This document shows positions 33,969 to 51,005 of a stretch of DNA of 64,000 nt, in pieces. The DNA lies in assembly GCF_009914755.1 (NCBI RefSeq), contig NC_060936.1, one strand, 5' to 3'. Source of the DNA: the human T2T-CHM13v2.0 reference genome, Homo sapiens. Positions within the stretch are counted from its first letter, which is position 1, and every line of letters starts with the position of its first letter. The position numbers and the translations under genes are program-made. The notes under the pieces are model-generated. The model had not been told where the DNA came from. It saw only the letters and a program-made list of their open reading frames with translations, and searched no databases.

Positions 33969-34734
33969 AAGAATACATTTTACCAAGACAAATATTAAAC
34001 TCAGAGGAATAAATAATGTATAAGCTATTTTGGGAAATTTAGTTAACTTTTGTTATTGAAAAATAAAACGCATGATTTGTAGAACATAAACTTAACTCAA
34101 TAACTGACTATAACAAGTAAAATTTTAACTGAACAGTTAAAGTAGGACAAGGTCTATATTTGTCAGGAAGAGAATAAACACAATGAAGAACTTCAGACTT
34201 CAGATTATTGTAAATTTTAAATGTAATAAAAACATTTAACTAGAGTATATTATTTCACAGTATTCTATTCTATCACAGTATAAAACAAAGAATACATGAA
34301 ACTTAAAAAATTATCAAAATATAGGAAAAGTGGAAGGAAGCAAAATAAATGGTAGGCAGGAAACAAACTATGATTAAAGGAATAAATTAAAATTATTAAA
34401 AAATATAAATGCATTAAACTCATTTATAGAAACTTCAAATTAAATTTGAAAATCAATGTAACAAACAAATAAGCAAAAGAAGAAAACAATAGAAACAAAT
34501 ATAGATATATATACCTAACAAAAGAACACATAAAACTACAGTGAAAAATGGAAAATAATGATATGACAAAAATCTACACAAGGTAAAAAAATATGAGTAA
34601 AAAACACTGGTATAGCAAAACTAGTATCAGATTAAATAGAACCCAAGAAAAGCATCAGTTATAAAAATAATGAGGAGCCATAAACAACTGTGAAAAGAGA
34701 GAATTTAGAACAGATAATGTACATTATGTATTTC

Positions 34735-35291
34735 TTTAATTTCAAATTTTATTTGATACAGTAGGTACATGTGCAGATATGTTACATGGGTATATTGTGC
34801 AATGCTGCGGTTTGAGGTACAGATCCCACCACCCATGTAGTAAATATTATACCCAATAGGTAGTTCATCCACTTACCAACCCTGACTCTAGTAGTCTGCA
34901 ATGTCTATTATTCCCAGGTTTTCATCCATGTGTGCTCAATGTTTAGCTTCCACTTATAAGTGAGAAGATGTGATACTTGGTTTTCTGTTTCATCATTAAT
35001 TCTTAGGATAATGGCCTCCAGTTGCTTCTATGTTGCTTCAAAGGAGATGATTTTGTTCTTTTTTATGGCTGCATGGTAGTTCATGGTGTATATGTACCAC
35101 ATTTTCTTTATACAAGCTATGATTGATAGGCACATAGGTTGATTCCCTATCATTGCTATTGTGAATAGTGCTATGATGAACATATGAGTGCATATGTCTT
35201 TTTGGTAGAATGATTTATATTCCTTTGGGTATATAGCTAGTAATGAGATTGCTGGGTTAAATTGTAGCTCTGTTGTAAGTTGTTTGAGAAA
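34735..35291 (-). mobile_element. L1PA15/16-like 3'-end fragment
   Basis: ggtacatgtgcagatatgttacatgggtatattg...; minus-strand ORF resembles the ORF2 C-terminus (PAISLLAIYPKEYK). Confidence 0.85.
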
Positions 35292-35299
35292 CAGATTAT

Positions 35300-35705
35300 T
35301 GAAACACAGTTCACTTTTCAAGGAACTGGTAGCTAGTAAGGAGGAGACTTCACATGCATCCTTGATGAAGGAGTAGGGATGGAAGAGATAGCGGGAGGAA
35401 CTTAGACATATGAAAACACAATTATGGCATCTACTATGAATTGTGAAAATTTGGAGAGCGGGTGGAATGTCAAAGAATCAGGTAAGGAGACTGTGTAGAC
35501 ACAAGAGTCCAGGTGGAATTTTTACTTTTCTTCTGAGAAAATAGGGAAAAAAATAAGAGTATTTACATAGGAAGGACACAGTTTAGCTTGTACTTTAGAA
35601 AAAAATTATCTGATTTCAGCGAGGAGAATAGAAACTAGAAGACACTAAAAAGATAGGCTAGGTTGTGCAGTAATTAATGTTAGAGATGAAGACCAGGATG
35701 AATCT
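35300..35705 (-). mobile_element. L2 remnant
   Basis: Purine-rich L2-like motifs (ttttcttctgagaaaataggg, ttgtgcagtaattaatgttagagatgaa). Confidence 0.5.
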
Positions 35706-36139
35706 AATAATCCTGCTAAGTTCATCTGAAAATAGACGTTCAAGGAAATACTAATCCCAATGTATCCAGACAATGACAATGGAAAGTTTACACTTACTCA
35801 TAATTTCAAAAGTTGCAAGTTTTATGACTTGTATTATGTGATAGTTTAATTGCCACCTTGCCTGTAAGAAAGCACTTTCTCATATACAGACATGTTTGAC
35901 ATATTTTTTCCTGGTAAGACTTGTGTCTATAATATCTTGACATCTCCCCAATGTGTTAGTACAAAACAGTTAGAGAATAACGCATCTACTGAACATTCTT
36001 ATCATTCGGAGTTAAATGTTGCATAATGTTGTAGAATGAGATAGTTCTAATATTTAAAAATTTATTGCTTCTTGCAAATACTGATGCATGTAAGTATTTA
36101 GGACTAACACTACAGATAATTTTTGTGTCATAGAAATTA

Positions 36140-36154
36140 TATATACATACATGT

Positions 36155-36190
<36 letters not shown>
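36140..36190. repeat. (TA)n microsatellite
   Basis: Long uninterrupted ta run. Confidence 0.95.
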
Positions 36191-37103
36191 GTATAAATAC
36201 CCATATAGTAAAATATAGTGATAAGTTCTGAATAGTGGAATTTCCTGATTCATACTTCATAAGGTAGAATTTATTGTAATGGTTGTCATTGAACATTAAT
36301 ATAAAAATATCATAACCGAGAAAGGTCATTCATATACATAGTAGTCCTCTAGAGTAAGCCTAAATCAGTATTGATGTTGACATAAAGAGATATTAATAAT
36401 GAATATTATGTCAAAGATGCATGTCAAAGATAACAAAATAAATAACTCAGAGGATGCAAAGATAATTTTTGTATCAGTTACCTACCAGAAATATGACACT
36501 TAACTACCAATTCATAACAATTAAAATATATGATGTAATCGTACAAATATCTATGTCTTAGGAAGTGAAGGCCATGTCATTTTAGGAGATATATTCTGAA
36601 AAATAAAGTTAAGAAAATATTACATAGACAACATCTCAAACCTGTTCCTTTTAGTCCATTTTTACTGTCATTACCCTAGTAGAAGTCAGCATCGTTTCTT
36701 ACCTAAACACCCAAAACAGCTTTCTCAAATAAATGGCCCCACCACTACTTCAAAGATTAATTTTGAGTTACTTAAAATAATTTGTAAGGGCTTTCGTAAA
36801 ATTGTGTATGAATGTTTATTTCACTTTTGCTTTTTGTCTCAGTATTTTGATAGACTTATTGACATAAAATTGATATATAGTAAACTATGTACATTTACAG
36901 TCATTAGGTTTGACATATGTACACCAACTTGAAATCGTTAACTATAGTTAATACAATTATCAAATTTGTCATTCCCCAAAGTATCTCTTTCCCTCTCCCT
37001 CTCACCTCTCCTTGTACCTCACTCCCTGTCCTTACACATGTTTTCTGTCACTATAGTTTGCAGTTTTTGGAATTTTAAAAATAGAATTATATATTATGTA
37101 TTA

Positions 37104-37487
<384 letters not shown>

Positions 37488-37647
37488 TAATTCAATAATT
37501 TATTTTATTGATGTGTATTATTGTATTGTATGAATATGCCTCAATATATTTATCCATTCAGTTGCTTATGGATATTTAAATTGTTTCCAGTTTGGGCTAT
37601 GAATAAAGCTTTTATCAATATTTGCTTAAAAGTCTGTTTGTGGATAT

Positions 37648-38275
37648 AAAGAACTCAAATCAAGTAAAAAGAAAATAAATAACCAAAATGAAAAGTGAGC
37701 AAAGGAATCGAATAGACATTTCTCAACCTAACTGTCCATTAAGGAATGAACGGATAAAGAAAATGTGGTATAAACACAGTGGAATACTATTCAGCCTTAA
37801 AAATAGAAGGAAATTCTGCCATTTGCAAAAAGATGGATGAACTTGGAAGTCATCATGTTCAGTAAAATAAGCTAGGCATAGAGAGACAAATACTGCCATA
37901 TGTAAAATCTAAAAACAGATGAACTCATAGAAGTAGAGAGTAGAATGATGCTTACCAGGGGCTGCAGGGAAAGAGGGACTTGGTAAGATCTTGGCCAAAA
38001 CATACAAAATTTCAGTTAGACAGAAGGAGTAAGTTCAAGGGATCCATTATACAATATGGTGACTATAATTAATAACAATGTATTATATATTTGAAAATTA
38101 CTAAGTGAATGAATGTTAAATGTTCTCACCACAAAAACAAATAAGTATGTGAGGTGATAAATATGTTAATTAGCTTACTTTAGCCATTTTACAATGTATA
38201 CATATATCAAAATATTATATAGTACAATATAAATGTATACAATTGTATTTATCAATTTAAAAATAAATAAAATTA
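37648..38275 (+). mobile_element. L1MA (MA6-MA9-like) 3' fragment with internal deletion
   Basis: ORF2-end and 3'UTR motifs (gaactcatagaagtagagagtagaatg, aaatgttctcaccacaaaaa); degenerate flanking duplication aaagtct.t.tgt.ga. Confidence 0.8.
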
Positions 38276-40300
38276 AAGTCTTTGTGTAGACACATGTTTT
38301 TACTTATTTTGGATAAATGGCTAAGTGTGAAATGGCTATGTTACATGGTAAATGCATACTTCACATTTTCAAAAAACTGCCAAACTGTTTTCCAAAATGT
38401 TTGTATCATTTTATATTCCAACCAATCATTGTTCTAGTTGTTCCTCATATGTTTTCCAGGCACTTTGGTTGAAAAAAATTAGGTATGCAATAAAATTATT
38501 TGTTTTTCTATAACTCAGCTGAATTTCTAGATATCAATGACCCGTTATGATAGGGAAAAGTTAATATATTTATTTTTAGGTAAACTCAGTGAAATTAGTA
38601 GTCATTTGATATTTTAATTATGTTCAAAGTAAGTCAATTATGAATTTAATCTCGGCATATTGAGAAAGCTGCCTTTTCTCTTGGAATGCACTTAAGTTCC
38701 AAGGATCTTATCCAATCATCCAGGCATGAGCTGAGTGTGGAGTATAAACTGGGGTGAGGTGCATCTCTTACTTTGTGATATGATGATGTATAATTTTCCT
38801 CCTTTTGGTTTGTGTTTGGCCACTATGACATAAGCATTGGCAGTCAACCCTTTTTGCACACAACAAAACGACCCAAGTCTTGACATGTTCAAGGATTTGC
38901 ATTCTGATTTTTGCCTGTACTGACCACAGCCTCCTCCATAAAGTACAACAGTTCTCTCTTAACCACTTTCATAGAGACAGAGGTACAACAGTCTTCTCTC
39001 AACCACTTTCATACTGAAATTGGGGTTTTATAGGTATATGGGTGCTCTGGTACCTGAACAATGAAGCATCCTGCAGAGCCATTTCCTTGAACTTTTCACT
39101 CAATTACTGCTACTTGACCATTTGCTGCCTGTTGGATACAAAGTTTCTCTATCATATTATAATCTCTTGAGCTACACTTTAGGAAGTTCAGATATAGGTT
39201 TCTCTACTATACTGCAGTCACCCAAAATGCAAGCATTCTTATCACCATCTAATTGGGATGAGTCTAGCAAAAAGGATAAAGAATATGATGACCGAATAGG
39301 AACAGCTCCAGTCTACAGCTCCCCATGTGAGCGACGCAGAAGATGGGTGATTTCTGCATTTCCAATTGAGGAACCGGGTTCATCTCATTGGGGCTTGTTG
39401 GACAGTGGGTGCAGGACAGTGGGTGCAGCACACCGAGTGTGAGCTGAAGCAGGGCAAGTCATCACCTCACCCAGGAAGCACAAGGGATCAGGGAATTCCC
39501 TTTCATAGCCAAGCAAAGCTGTGACAGATGGTACCTGGAAAATCGGGTCACTCCCACCCTAATACTGCGCTTTTCCAATGGTCTTAGCAAACGGCACACC
39601 AGGAGATTATATTCTGTGCCTGGCTTGGAGGGTCCCACGCCAACGGAGCCTCGCTCATTGCTAGCACAGCAGTCTGAGATCTAACTGCAAGGTGGCAGCA
39701 TGGCTGGGGGAGGGGGTCCCGCAATTGCTGAGGCTGGAGTAGGTAAACAAAGTGACTGGGAAGCTCGAACTGGGTGGAGACTGCCACAGCTCAAGGAGGC
39801 CTGCCTGCCTCTGTAGACTCCACCTCTGGGGGCAGGGCATAGCCGAACAAAAGGCAGCAGAAACCTCTGCAGACTTAAATGTCCCTGTCTGACAGCTTTG
39901 AAGAGAGCAGTGGTTCTCCCAGCATGGAGTTTGAGATCTGAGAACAGACAGACTCCCACCTCAAGTGGGTCCCTGACCCCCGAGTAGCCTAACTGGGAGG
40001 CACCCCCTAGTAGGGGCAGATTGACGCATCACATGGCCAGGTAACCCTCTGAGAGGAAACCTCCAAAGGAACAATCAGACAGCAACATTTGCTGTTCAGC
40101 AATATTCGCTGTTCTGCAGCCTCCGCAGCTGATACCCAGGCAAATAGGGTCTGGCATGGACCTCCAGCAAACTCCAACAGACCTGCGGCTGAGGGACCTG
40201 TCTGTTAGAAGGAAAACTAACGAACAGAAAGGACACCCACACCAAAACCCCATCTGTACGTCACCATCATCAAAGACCAAAGGTAGATAAAACCACAAAG

Positions 40301-41304
40301 ATGGGGAAAAAACAGAACAGAAAAACTGAAAATTCTAAAAATCAGAGCAACTCTCCTCCTCCAAAGCAATGCAGCTCCTCACCAGCAACGGAACAAAGCT
40401 GGACAGAGAATGACTTTGACAAGTTGAGAGAAGAAGGCTTCAGATGATCAAATTTCCCCGAGCTAAAGGAGGAAGTTCGAACCCATCACAAAGAAGTTAA
40501 AAACCTTGAAAAAACATTAGATGAATGGCTAACTAGAATAACCAATGCAGAGAGTCCTTAAAGGAGCTGATGGAGCTGAAAACCAAGGCACGAGAACTAC
40601 GTGATGAATGCACGAGTTTCAGTAGCCGGTTCAGTCAACTGAATCAGTGATTGAAGATCAAAGGAATGAAATGAAGCAAGAAGAGAAGTTTAGAGAAAAA
40701 AGAATAAAAAGAAATGAACAAAGCCTCCAAGAAATATGGGACTATGTGAAAAGACCAAATCTATGTCTGATTGGTGTACCTGAAAGTGACGAGGAGAATG
40801 GAACCAAGTTGGAAAACACTCTGCAGGATATTATCTGGGAGAGCTTCCCCAACCTAGCAAGGCAGGCCAACATTCAGATTCAGGAAATACAGAGAATGCC
40901 ACAAAGATACTCCTTGAGAAGAGCAACTCCAAGACACATATTGTCAGATTCACCAAAGTTGAAATGAAGGAAAAAATGTTAAGGGCACCCAGAGAGAAAG
41001 GTTGGCTTACACACAAAGGGAAGCCCATCAGACTAACAGCTGATCTCTCAGCAGAAACTCTACAAGCCAGAGGAGAGTGGGAGCCAATATTCAACATTCT
41101 TAAAGAAAAGAATTTTCAACCCAGAATTTCATATCCAGCCAAACTCAGCTTCATAAGTGAAGGAGAAATAAAATCCTTTACAGACAAGCAAATGCTGAGA
41201 GATTTTGTCACCACCAGGCCTGCCCTACAAGAGCTCCTGAATGAAGCACTAAACATGGAAAGGAAAAACTGGTACCAGCCACTGCAAAACATGCCAAATT
41301 GTAG
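40301..41304 (+). pseudogene. L1 ORF1p remnant
   Basis: atggggaaaaaacag at 40301; track fragments of 106 aa and 116 aa in different frames. Confidence 0.9.
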
Positions 41305-41364
41305 AGACCATTGATGCTAGGAAGAAAATTCACCAACTAACGAGCAAAATAACCAGCTAACATC

Positions 41365-45185
<3,821 letters not shown>

Positions 45186-46004
45186 AATGAGAACACTTGG
45201 ACACAGGGAATTGAACAATGAGAACACTTTAACATCACACACCAGGGGCTGTTTTGGGGTGGGGAGAGGGGGGAAGCATAGCATTAGGAGATATAACTAA
45301 TGTAAATAATGAGTTAATGGGTGCAGCACACCAGCATGGCACATGTATACATTTGTAACAAACCTGCACATTGTGCACATGTACCCTAGAACTTAAAGTA
45401 TAATAAAACAATATATATATTTTAAAAAAAGAATATGAGGGCGTTCTGTTGCTCTTCTTTTTCTATTCATTTCCCACCTTTATTCTGGTTGACATTATTT
45501 TTCTTAGAACAAGAAAGCTCTCTTTTCCATCATAGTACCATTTCATTGGATGTGTTATTCATCGTATACAAATTATACTAAGGCTTTAAGATTACTTTGT
45601 CTGCTCTAATTTAAGTATTTTTCAAAATTTCTTTGTTCCTTATCTACCCTATGGTAAATATTTTCTCTTTTAAAAAAAAGCCATTGACTTGATGTCAAGT
45701 GTTACAGATTAAATGAAAGACTGAAAATAAAAATCCATTATTAAAATGTTAAAATAGTAGCCCACTGCAGTTCTAACAGTGGTGACTATCTGGGCTTCTG
45801 CCAAGGGACATACTCATATGTGGGAGTTTCCACCCTCCCACAAATAAGTGTGTCCCAGTTATGTGCTAGACCTAGATATCTGCTGTAAATTAGTTTTATC
45901 AGAATGGAAAATCATTCATACGAATATTACGATACTATGTTACTAATTGCTAGTAGGGACCCCTTGCTTGTATAACCATTCTAAATGGGGAACAGGTTAC
46001 TATT

Positions 46005-46375
46005 GTCAAAGACAAACAAAGCCAGACTCTAGTTAAAGTTGTAAGGTCAGATTTAATCAGTAATATACTACTGCAAAAAGGGGAAACAAAAAGTTCAGCG
46101 TGAAATAAACTGAATTTCTATTTGTACGAGGTGGCCAGTTTTTAAAAGGTGAAATGAGAGATCAGCAGCACAGGGTTAGGAGACTGAATCAAGGTTCAGT
46201 AGAGTCAGGGAAGTGAAAAATTACAAAAAGCAGGAGGGAAGTGAAGAGTTGGTTCACGCGAAACCCATCAGAAGTTAGGTTCTTCTCCTCCCAGAGAAAC
46301 TGGGAGAAAGGGGTGCTATCTTCAGCTGCTGACTGAAACAAACAGTAATTTATTTTGTCAAAAACACAGGGTGTC
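46005..46375 (-). mobile_element. MER31-like ERV1 LTR, left part
   Basis: tgtcaaagacaaacaaagccagactctagttaaagttgtaagg...ctactgcaa terminus. Confidence 0.55.
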
Positions 46376-47593
46376 ATTTCATTTATTTGTGTTTGCTTTA
46401 ATTTCCTTCATCATTATTTTATAGTTCTCAGAGTTCAAATCTTCCACCTCCTTGGTCAAGTTTATACCCAAATATTTTATTCTTCTTGATGCTATTATAA
46501 GTGGGATTGCTTTCTTAAGTTTCGTTTCAGATAGTTTCTTGATAGCATAAAGAAACACAACTAATTTTTGTATGCTGGTTTTTCATCTCACAACTTTGCA
46601 GATAACGTGATCATGTGTATATATAAAAATCCTCTAAAAACTACATAGAAAAACTGTTAAAACTAATAAATAAATTCAGCATATGTAATTTTACATTTTC
46701 TTCTAATTTGGATGCTTTTTATTTCTTTGTCTTGCTTAATTTATCTGGCTAGGACTTTAGGTACTATGTTAAACAGAAGTAGTGAAGTAGTCACCCATAT
46801 CCTGTCCCAGATCTCAGAGGAAAAGCTTTCAGTTTTTCACCACTGAATATGATGTTAGCTGTAGGCTTGTCATACATGGGACTGACATAAAAATAGACAC
46901 ATAGGAAACAGATAAGGAGAGCCCAGAAATAAACATAAAGCACCTACAGTCAACTGATCTTCAAGAAGTGTGTCAAGAACACATAATAAGGACAGGAAAA
47001 TCTCTTCAACAAATGGCGTTTGGAAAACTGGCTAGCCACATGCAAAAGAGTGAAATTGGACTCTTATCTTACACCACACACAAAAATCAACTCCAAATTG
47101 ATTAAAGACTTAAACTCAAGACAACTTAAGACCTGAAACTAAAACTTCTTGAAGGAAACATAGGGGGAAACCTTTTTGACATTGGTCTTAGCAATAATTT
47201 ATTGGATTTGTCCCAAAATCATGGGCAACTAAATAAAAAATAGACAAGTGAGACTACATCACAATAAAAAGCTCTGTACAGGAAAAAAAAAAAAATAACC
47301 AACAGAGTGAAAAGACTACCTATAGAATGAGAGAAAATATTTGCAAATCATTTATCTGATACAGGGTTAATATTCAACATATGTAAGAATCTTCTACAAC
47401 TGAACAGCAGAAAACAAATATCCTGACTTAAACATGGAGAAAAGACATAAATAAACATTTCTTCAAAGAAGACATACAAATGGCCACAAGTTTTATGAAA
47501 GGATGCTCAACATTGCTAATCATTAGGGAAATTCGATCAAATCATAACCAAAGTGAGATATTACCTTATATATTTTAGAATGGCTATTATCAC

Positions 47594-49880
47594 TGTATTT
47601 GTTAGTTTTCACACTGCTGATAAAGATATACCCGAGACTGGGAAGTAAAAGAGGTTTAATTGCATTTACAGTTCCACATGGCTGGGGAGGCCTCAGGATC
47701 ATGGCAGGAGGCACAAGGTACTTCTTACATGGTGCTGGCAAGAGAAGATGAGGAGGAAGCTAAAGCAGAAATCCCGGATAAACCCATCAGATCTTGTTAG
47801 ACGTATTCACTATCATGAGAATAGCATGGGAAAGAGCAGCCCTCATGATTCAATTACCTCCCACTGGGTCCCTCCCACAACACGTGGGAATTCTGGGAGA
47901 CACAATCCAAGTTGAAATGTGGGTGGGGGCACAGCCAAACCACATCATTCTGCCCCTGCCCCCACCCCCAAATCTCATGTCCTCACAGTTCAAAACCAGT
48001 CATGCCTTTCCAACAGTCCCCCAAAGTCTTAACTCATTTCAGCATTAACTCAAAAGTCCATAGACCAAAGTCTTATCTGAGACAAGTCCCTTCCACCTAT
48101 GGGCCTATAAAATCAAAAGCAAGTTAGCTACTTCCTAGATACAGTGAGGGTACAGGCATTGGGTAAATACAGCCATTCCAAATGGGAGAAATTAGCCAAA
48201 ACAAATGGGCTACAGGCCCCATGCAAATCTGAAATCCAGCAGGGCAGTCAAATCTTAAAGCTCCAAAATGAACTCCTTTGACTCCATGTCTCAAATCTGG
48301 TCACACTGATGCAAGAGGTGGGTTTCCATGGTCTTGGGCAGCTCTACCCCCGTGGCTTTGCAGGGTACAGCCTTCCTCCTGGCTGCTTTCACAGTCTGGC
48401 ATTGAGTGTCTGTGGCTTTTTCAGGTGCATGGTGCAAGCTGTTGGCAGATCTATCATTCTGGGGTCTGGAGGATGGTAGCCCTCTTCTCACAGCTCCACT
48501 AGGTGGTGCCCCAGCAGGGACTCTGTGTGGCGGCTCCAACCCCACATTTTCCTTCTGCACTGCCCTAGCAGAGGTTCTCCATGAGGGTCCTGCCCCTTAG
48601 AGCAAACTTTTGCCTGGGCATCCAGGCATTTCCATACATCTTCTGAAATCTACATGGAGGTTCCCAAACCTCAATTTTTCGCTTTTGTGCACCCACAGGC
48701 TCAATACCACATGGAAGCTGCCAAGGCTTGGGGCTTCCACCCTCTGAAGCCACAGCCTGAGCTGTACATTGGCCCCTTTCAGCCAAGGCTGGAACAGCTA
48801 GGACACAGGATACCAAGACACTAGGCTGCACACAGCACAGGGACCCTGGGCCCGGCCCACAAAACTATTTTTTCCTCCTGGGCCTCTGGGCCTTTGATGG
48901 GAGGGGCTGCCATGAAGATCTCCGACATGGCCTAAAGACATTTTTCCAATGGTCTTGGGTATTAACATTAGCCCCCTTGCTACTTATCCAAATATCTGCA
49001 GCTGGCTTGAATTTCTCCCCCAGAAAATGGGTTTTTCTTTCCTATCGCATAGTCAGGCTGCAAATTCTCCAAACTTTTATGTTCTGCTTCCCTTATAAAA
49101 CTGAATGCCTTTAATGGCATCCAAGTCAGATCTTGAATGCTTTGCTGCTTAGAAACTTCTTCTGCCAGATACCCCAAATAATCTTTCTCAAGTTCAAAGT
49201 TTCACAAATGTCTACGTCAAGGGCAAAATACTGCCAGTATCTTTGTTAAAACATAAGAAGAGACACTTTTGCTCCAGTTCCCAACAAGTTCCTCATTTCC
49301 ATCTGAGACCACCTCAGTCTGGATTTTATTGTCCATATCGCTATCAGCATTTTGGGCAAAGCCATTCAACAAGTCCCTAGGAAGTTCCAAATATTCCTAT
49401 ATTTTCCTGTCTTCTGAGCCCTCCAAACTGTTCCAACCTCTGCCTGTTACCCAGTTCCAAAGTTGCTTCCACATTTTCGGGTGTCTTTTCAGCAACACCC
49501 CACCCCACTCTACTGATACCAATTTACTGTATTAGTTTGTTTTCATGCTGCTGATAAAGACATACCTGAGACAGAGAAGTAAAAGAAGTTTCATTGGACT
49601 TACATTCCCACACGGGTGGGGAGGCCTCAGAATCATGGCATAAGGTGAAAGGCACTTCTTACATGGTGGCAGAAAGATAAAATGAGGAGGAAGCAAAAGT
49701 AGAGACTCCTGATAAGCTCATCAGATCTCATGAGTCTTATTCACTATCGTGAGAATAGCACAGGAAAGACTGGCCCCATGATTCAATTGCCTCCCACTAG
49801 GTCCCTCCCACAACACGTGGGAATTCTGGCAGATACAATTGAAGTTGAGATTTGGGTGGGGGCACAGCCTAACCATACCA
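47594..49880 (-). mobile_element. Complete THE1C-like MaLR provirus (LTR 47594-47947, internal 47948-49527, LTR 49528-49880)
   Basis: Two ~354-bp direct LTRs tgtatt...acca(c/t)a(t/c)ca flanking a ~1.6-kb THE1 internal region. Confidence 0.92.
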
Positions 49881-50685
49881 GTCATCATTATCAAAAAAAA
49901 GGGGTAAATGTTGGTGAACATGTAGAGATATTAGAACCCTTACACACCGTTGGTGGGGATGCAGAATGGTACAGCCACTATACAACCTCTGCAGTATGGA
50001 AGTTCCTCAAAAATTTATAAATAGAGATATCATATGATTCAACAACCCTACTCCATGTATATATCAAAAAAATTTAAATCAGTACATTGAAGAGCTGTCT
50101 GCACTCCCATGGTCACTGCAGCATTATTCACAATAGAGAAGATACAGAGACAAATGCCTATTGAAATGCCTATTGAAAGATGAATTGATAAAGAAAATGT
50201 GATATATGCAACTCCTACCATTTACACCAATGTATATGAGCCTACATCACATTAGGTTAAGTGAAATAAGCCAGTCACAGATGAACAAATACTGCATGAT
50301 TCCACTCATATAAAGTATCTAAAATAGTTAAATTTCATAGAAGCAGAGAATAGAATGATGTTTGCCAAGCACTGGGAGAAGAAGGAAAAGGAGAATTGTT
50401 TGCTCAATGGATATAAAGTTTTAGTTATGTAAGATGAAAAAGTTCTAGAAATCTGCATTACAACACAGTATCTGGAGTTAAAAATACAATATTGTACATT
50501 TTAAAATACATTAAGGAAACAGATCTCATGTTAAGTGCTCTTACTACCAAACAAAACTAAAACAAAAAACAAAAGAAGAAAATTTTTGAAAGTGATGGAT
50601 ATGTTTAGGACCTTGATTGAGGTGATGGTATCATAAGTGTATACATATGTTCAAATTCACCAAAATATATACATTAAATATGTAC

Positions 50686-50848
50686 TTTTTTTTTGTTTTG
50701 AGACAGAGTCTCACTCTGTCCCCCAGGGTGGAGTACAGTGGTGCAATCTCGGCTCACTGCAACCTCCGCCTCCTGGGTTCAAGAGATGCTCCTGCTTCAG
50801 CCTCCTGAGTAATTGGTATTATAGGCCTGTGCCACCATGACCAGCTAA
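50686..50848 (-). mobile_element. Alu right monomer only (5'-truncated AluS-like)
   Basis: ttttgagacagagtctcactctgtc...gccaccatgaccagctaa, ending at the linker; degenerate TSD aa(t/c)atgt(a/g)c. Confidence 0.88.
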
Positions 50849-50899
50849 ACATGTGCAATTTTATATATCAATTATACCTCAGTAAAGCTTTAAAGAAAA

Positions 50900-51005
50900 C
50901 CTATAGTAGTCTTTTATTCAAGTCTTAATTGGCCAAGGTTGAGGTCTAGTTGAGAATCAGGTTCAAAGGAGCCAGTCTAGGGTTTGGTAAAGAAGAGATT
51001 TTCTT
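50900..51005 (-). mobile_element. MER31-like LTR, right part
   Basis: ccaaggttgaggtctagttgagaa...aggagccagtctagggtttggtaaagaagag matches the recalled other MER31 terminus. Confidence 0.55.

Larger units (their letters stand above)
46376..50895 (+). mobile_element. L1MB1-3-like LINE-1 with 5' inversion, hosting THE1C and an Alu monomer
   Basis: 46376-46879 is ORF2 on -; from 46880 ORF2 end and 3'UTR on + (gtgatggatatgtt...attatacctcagtaaagc). Confidence 0.8.
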
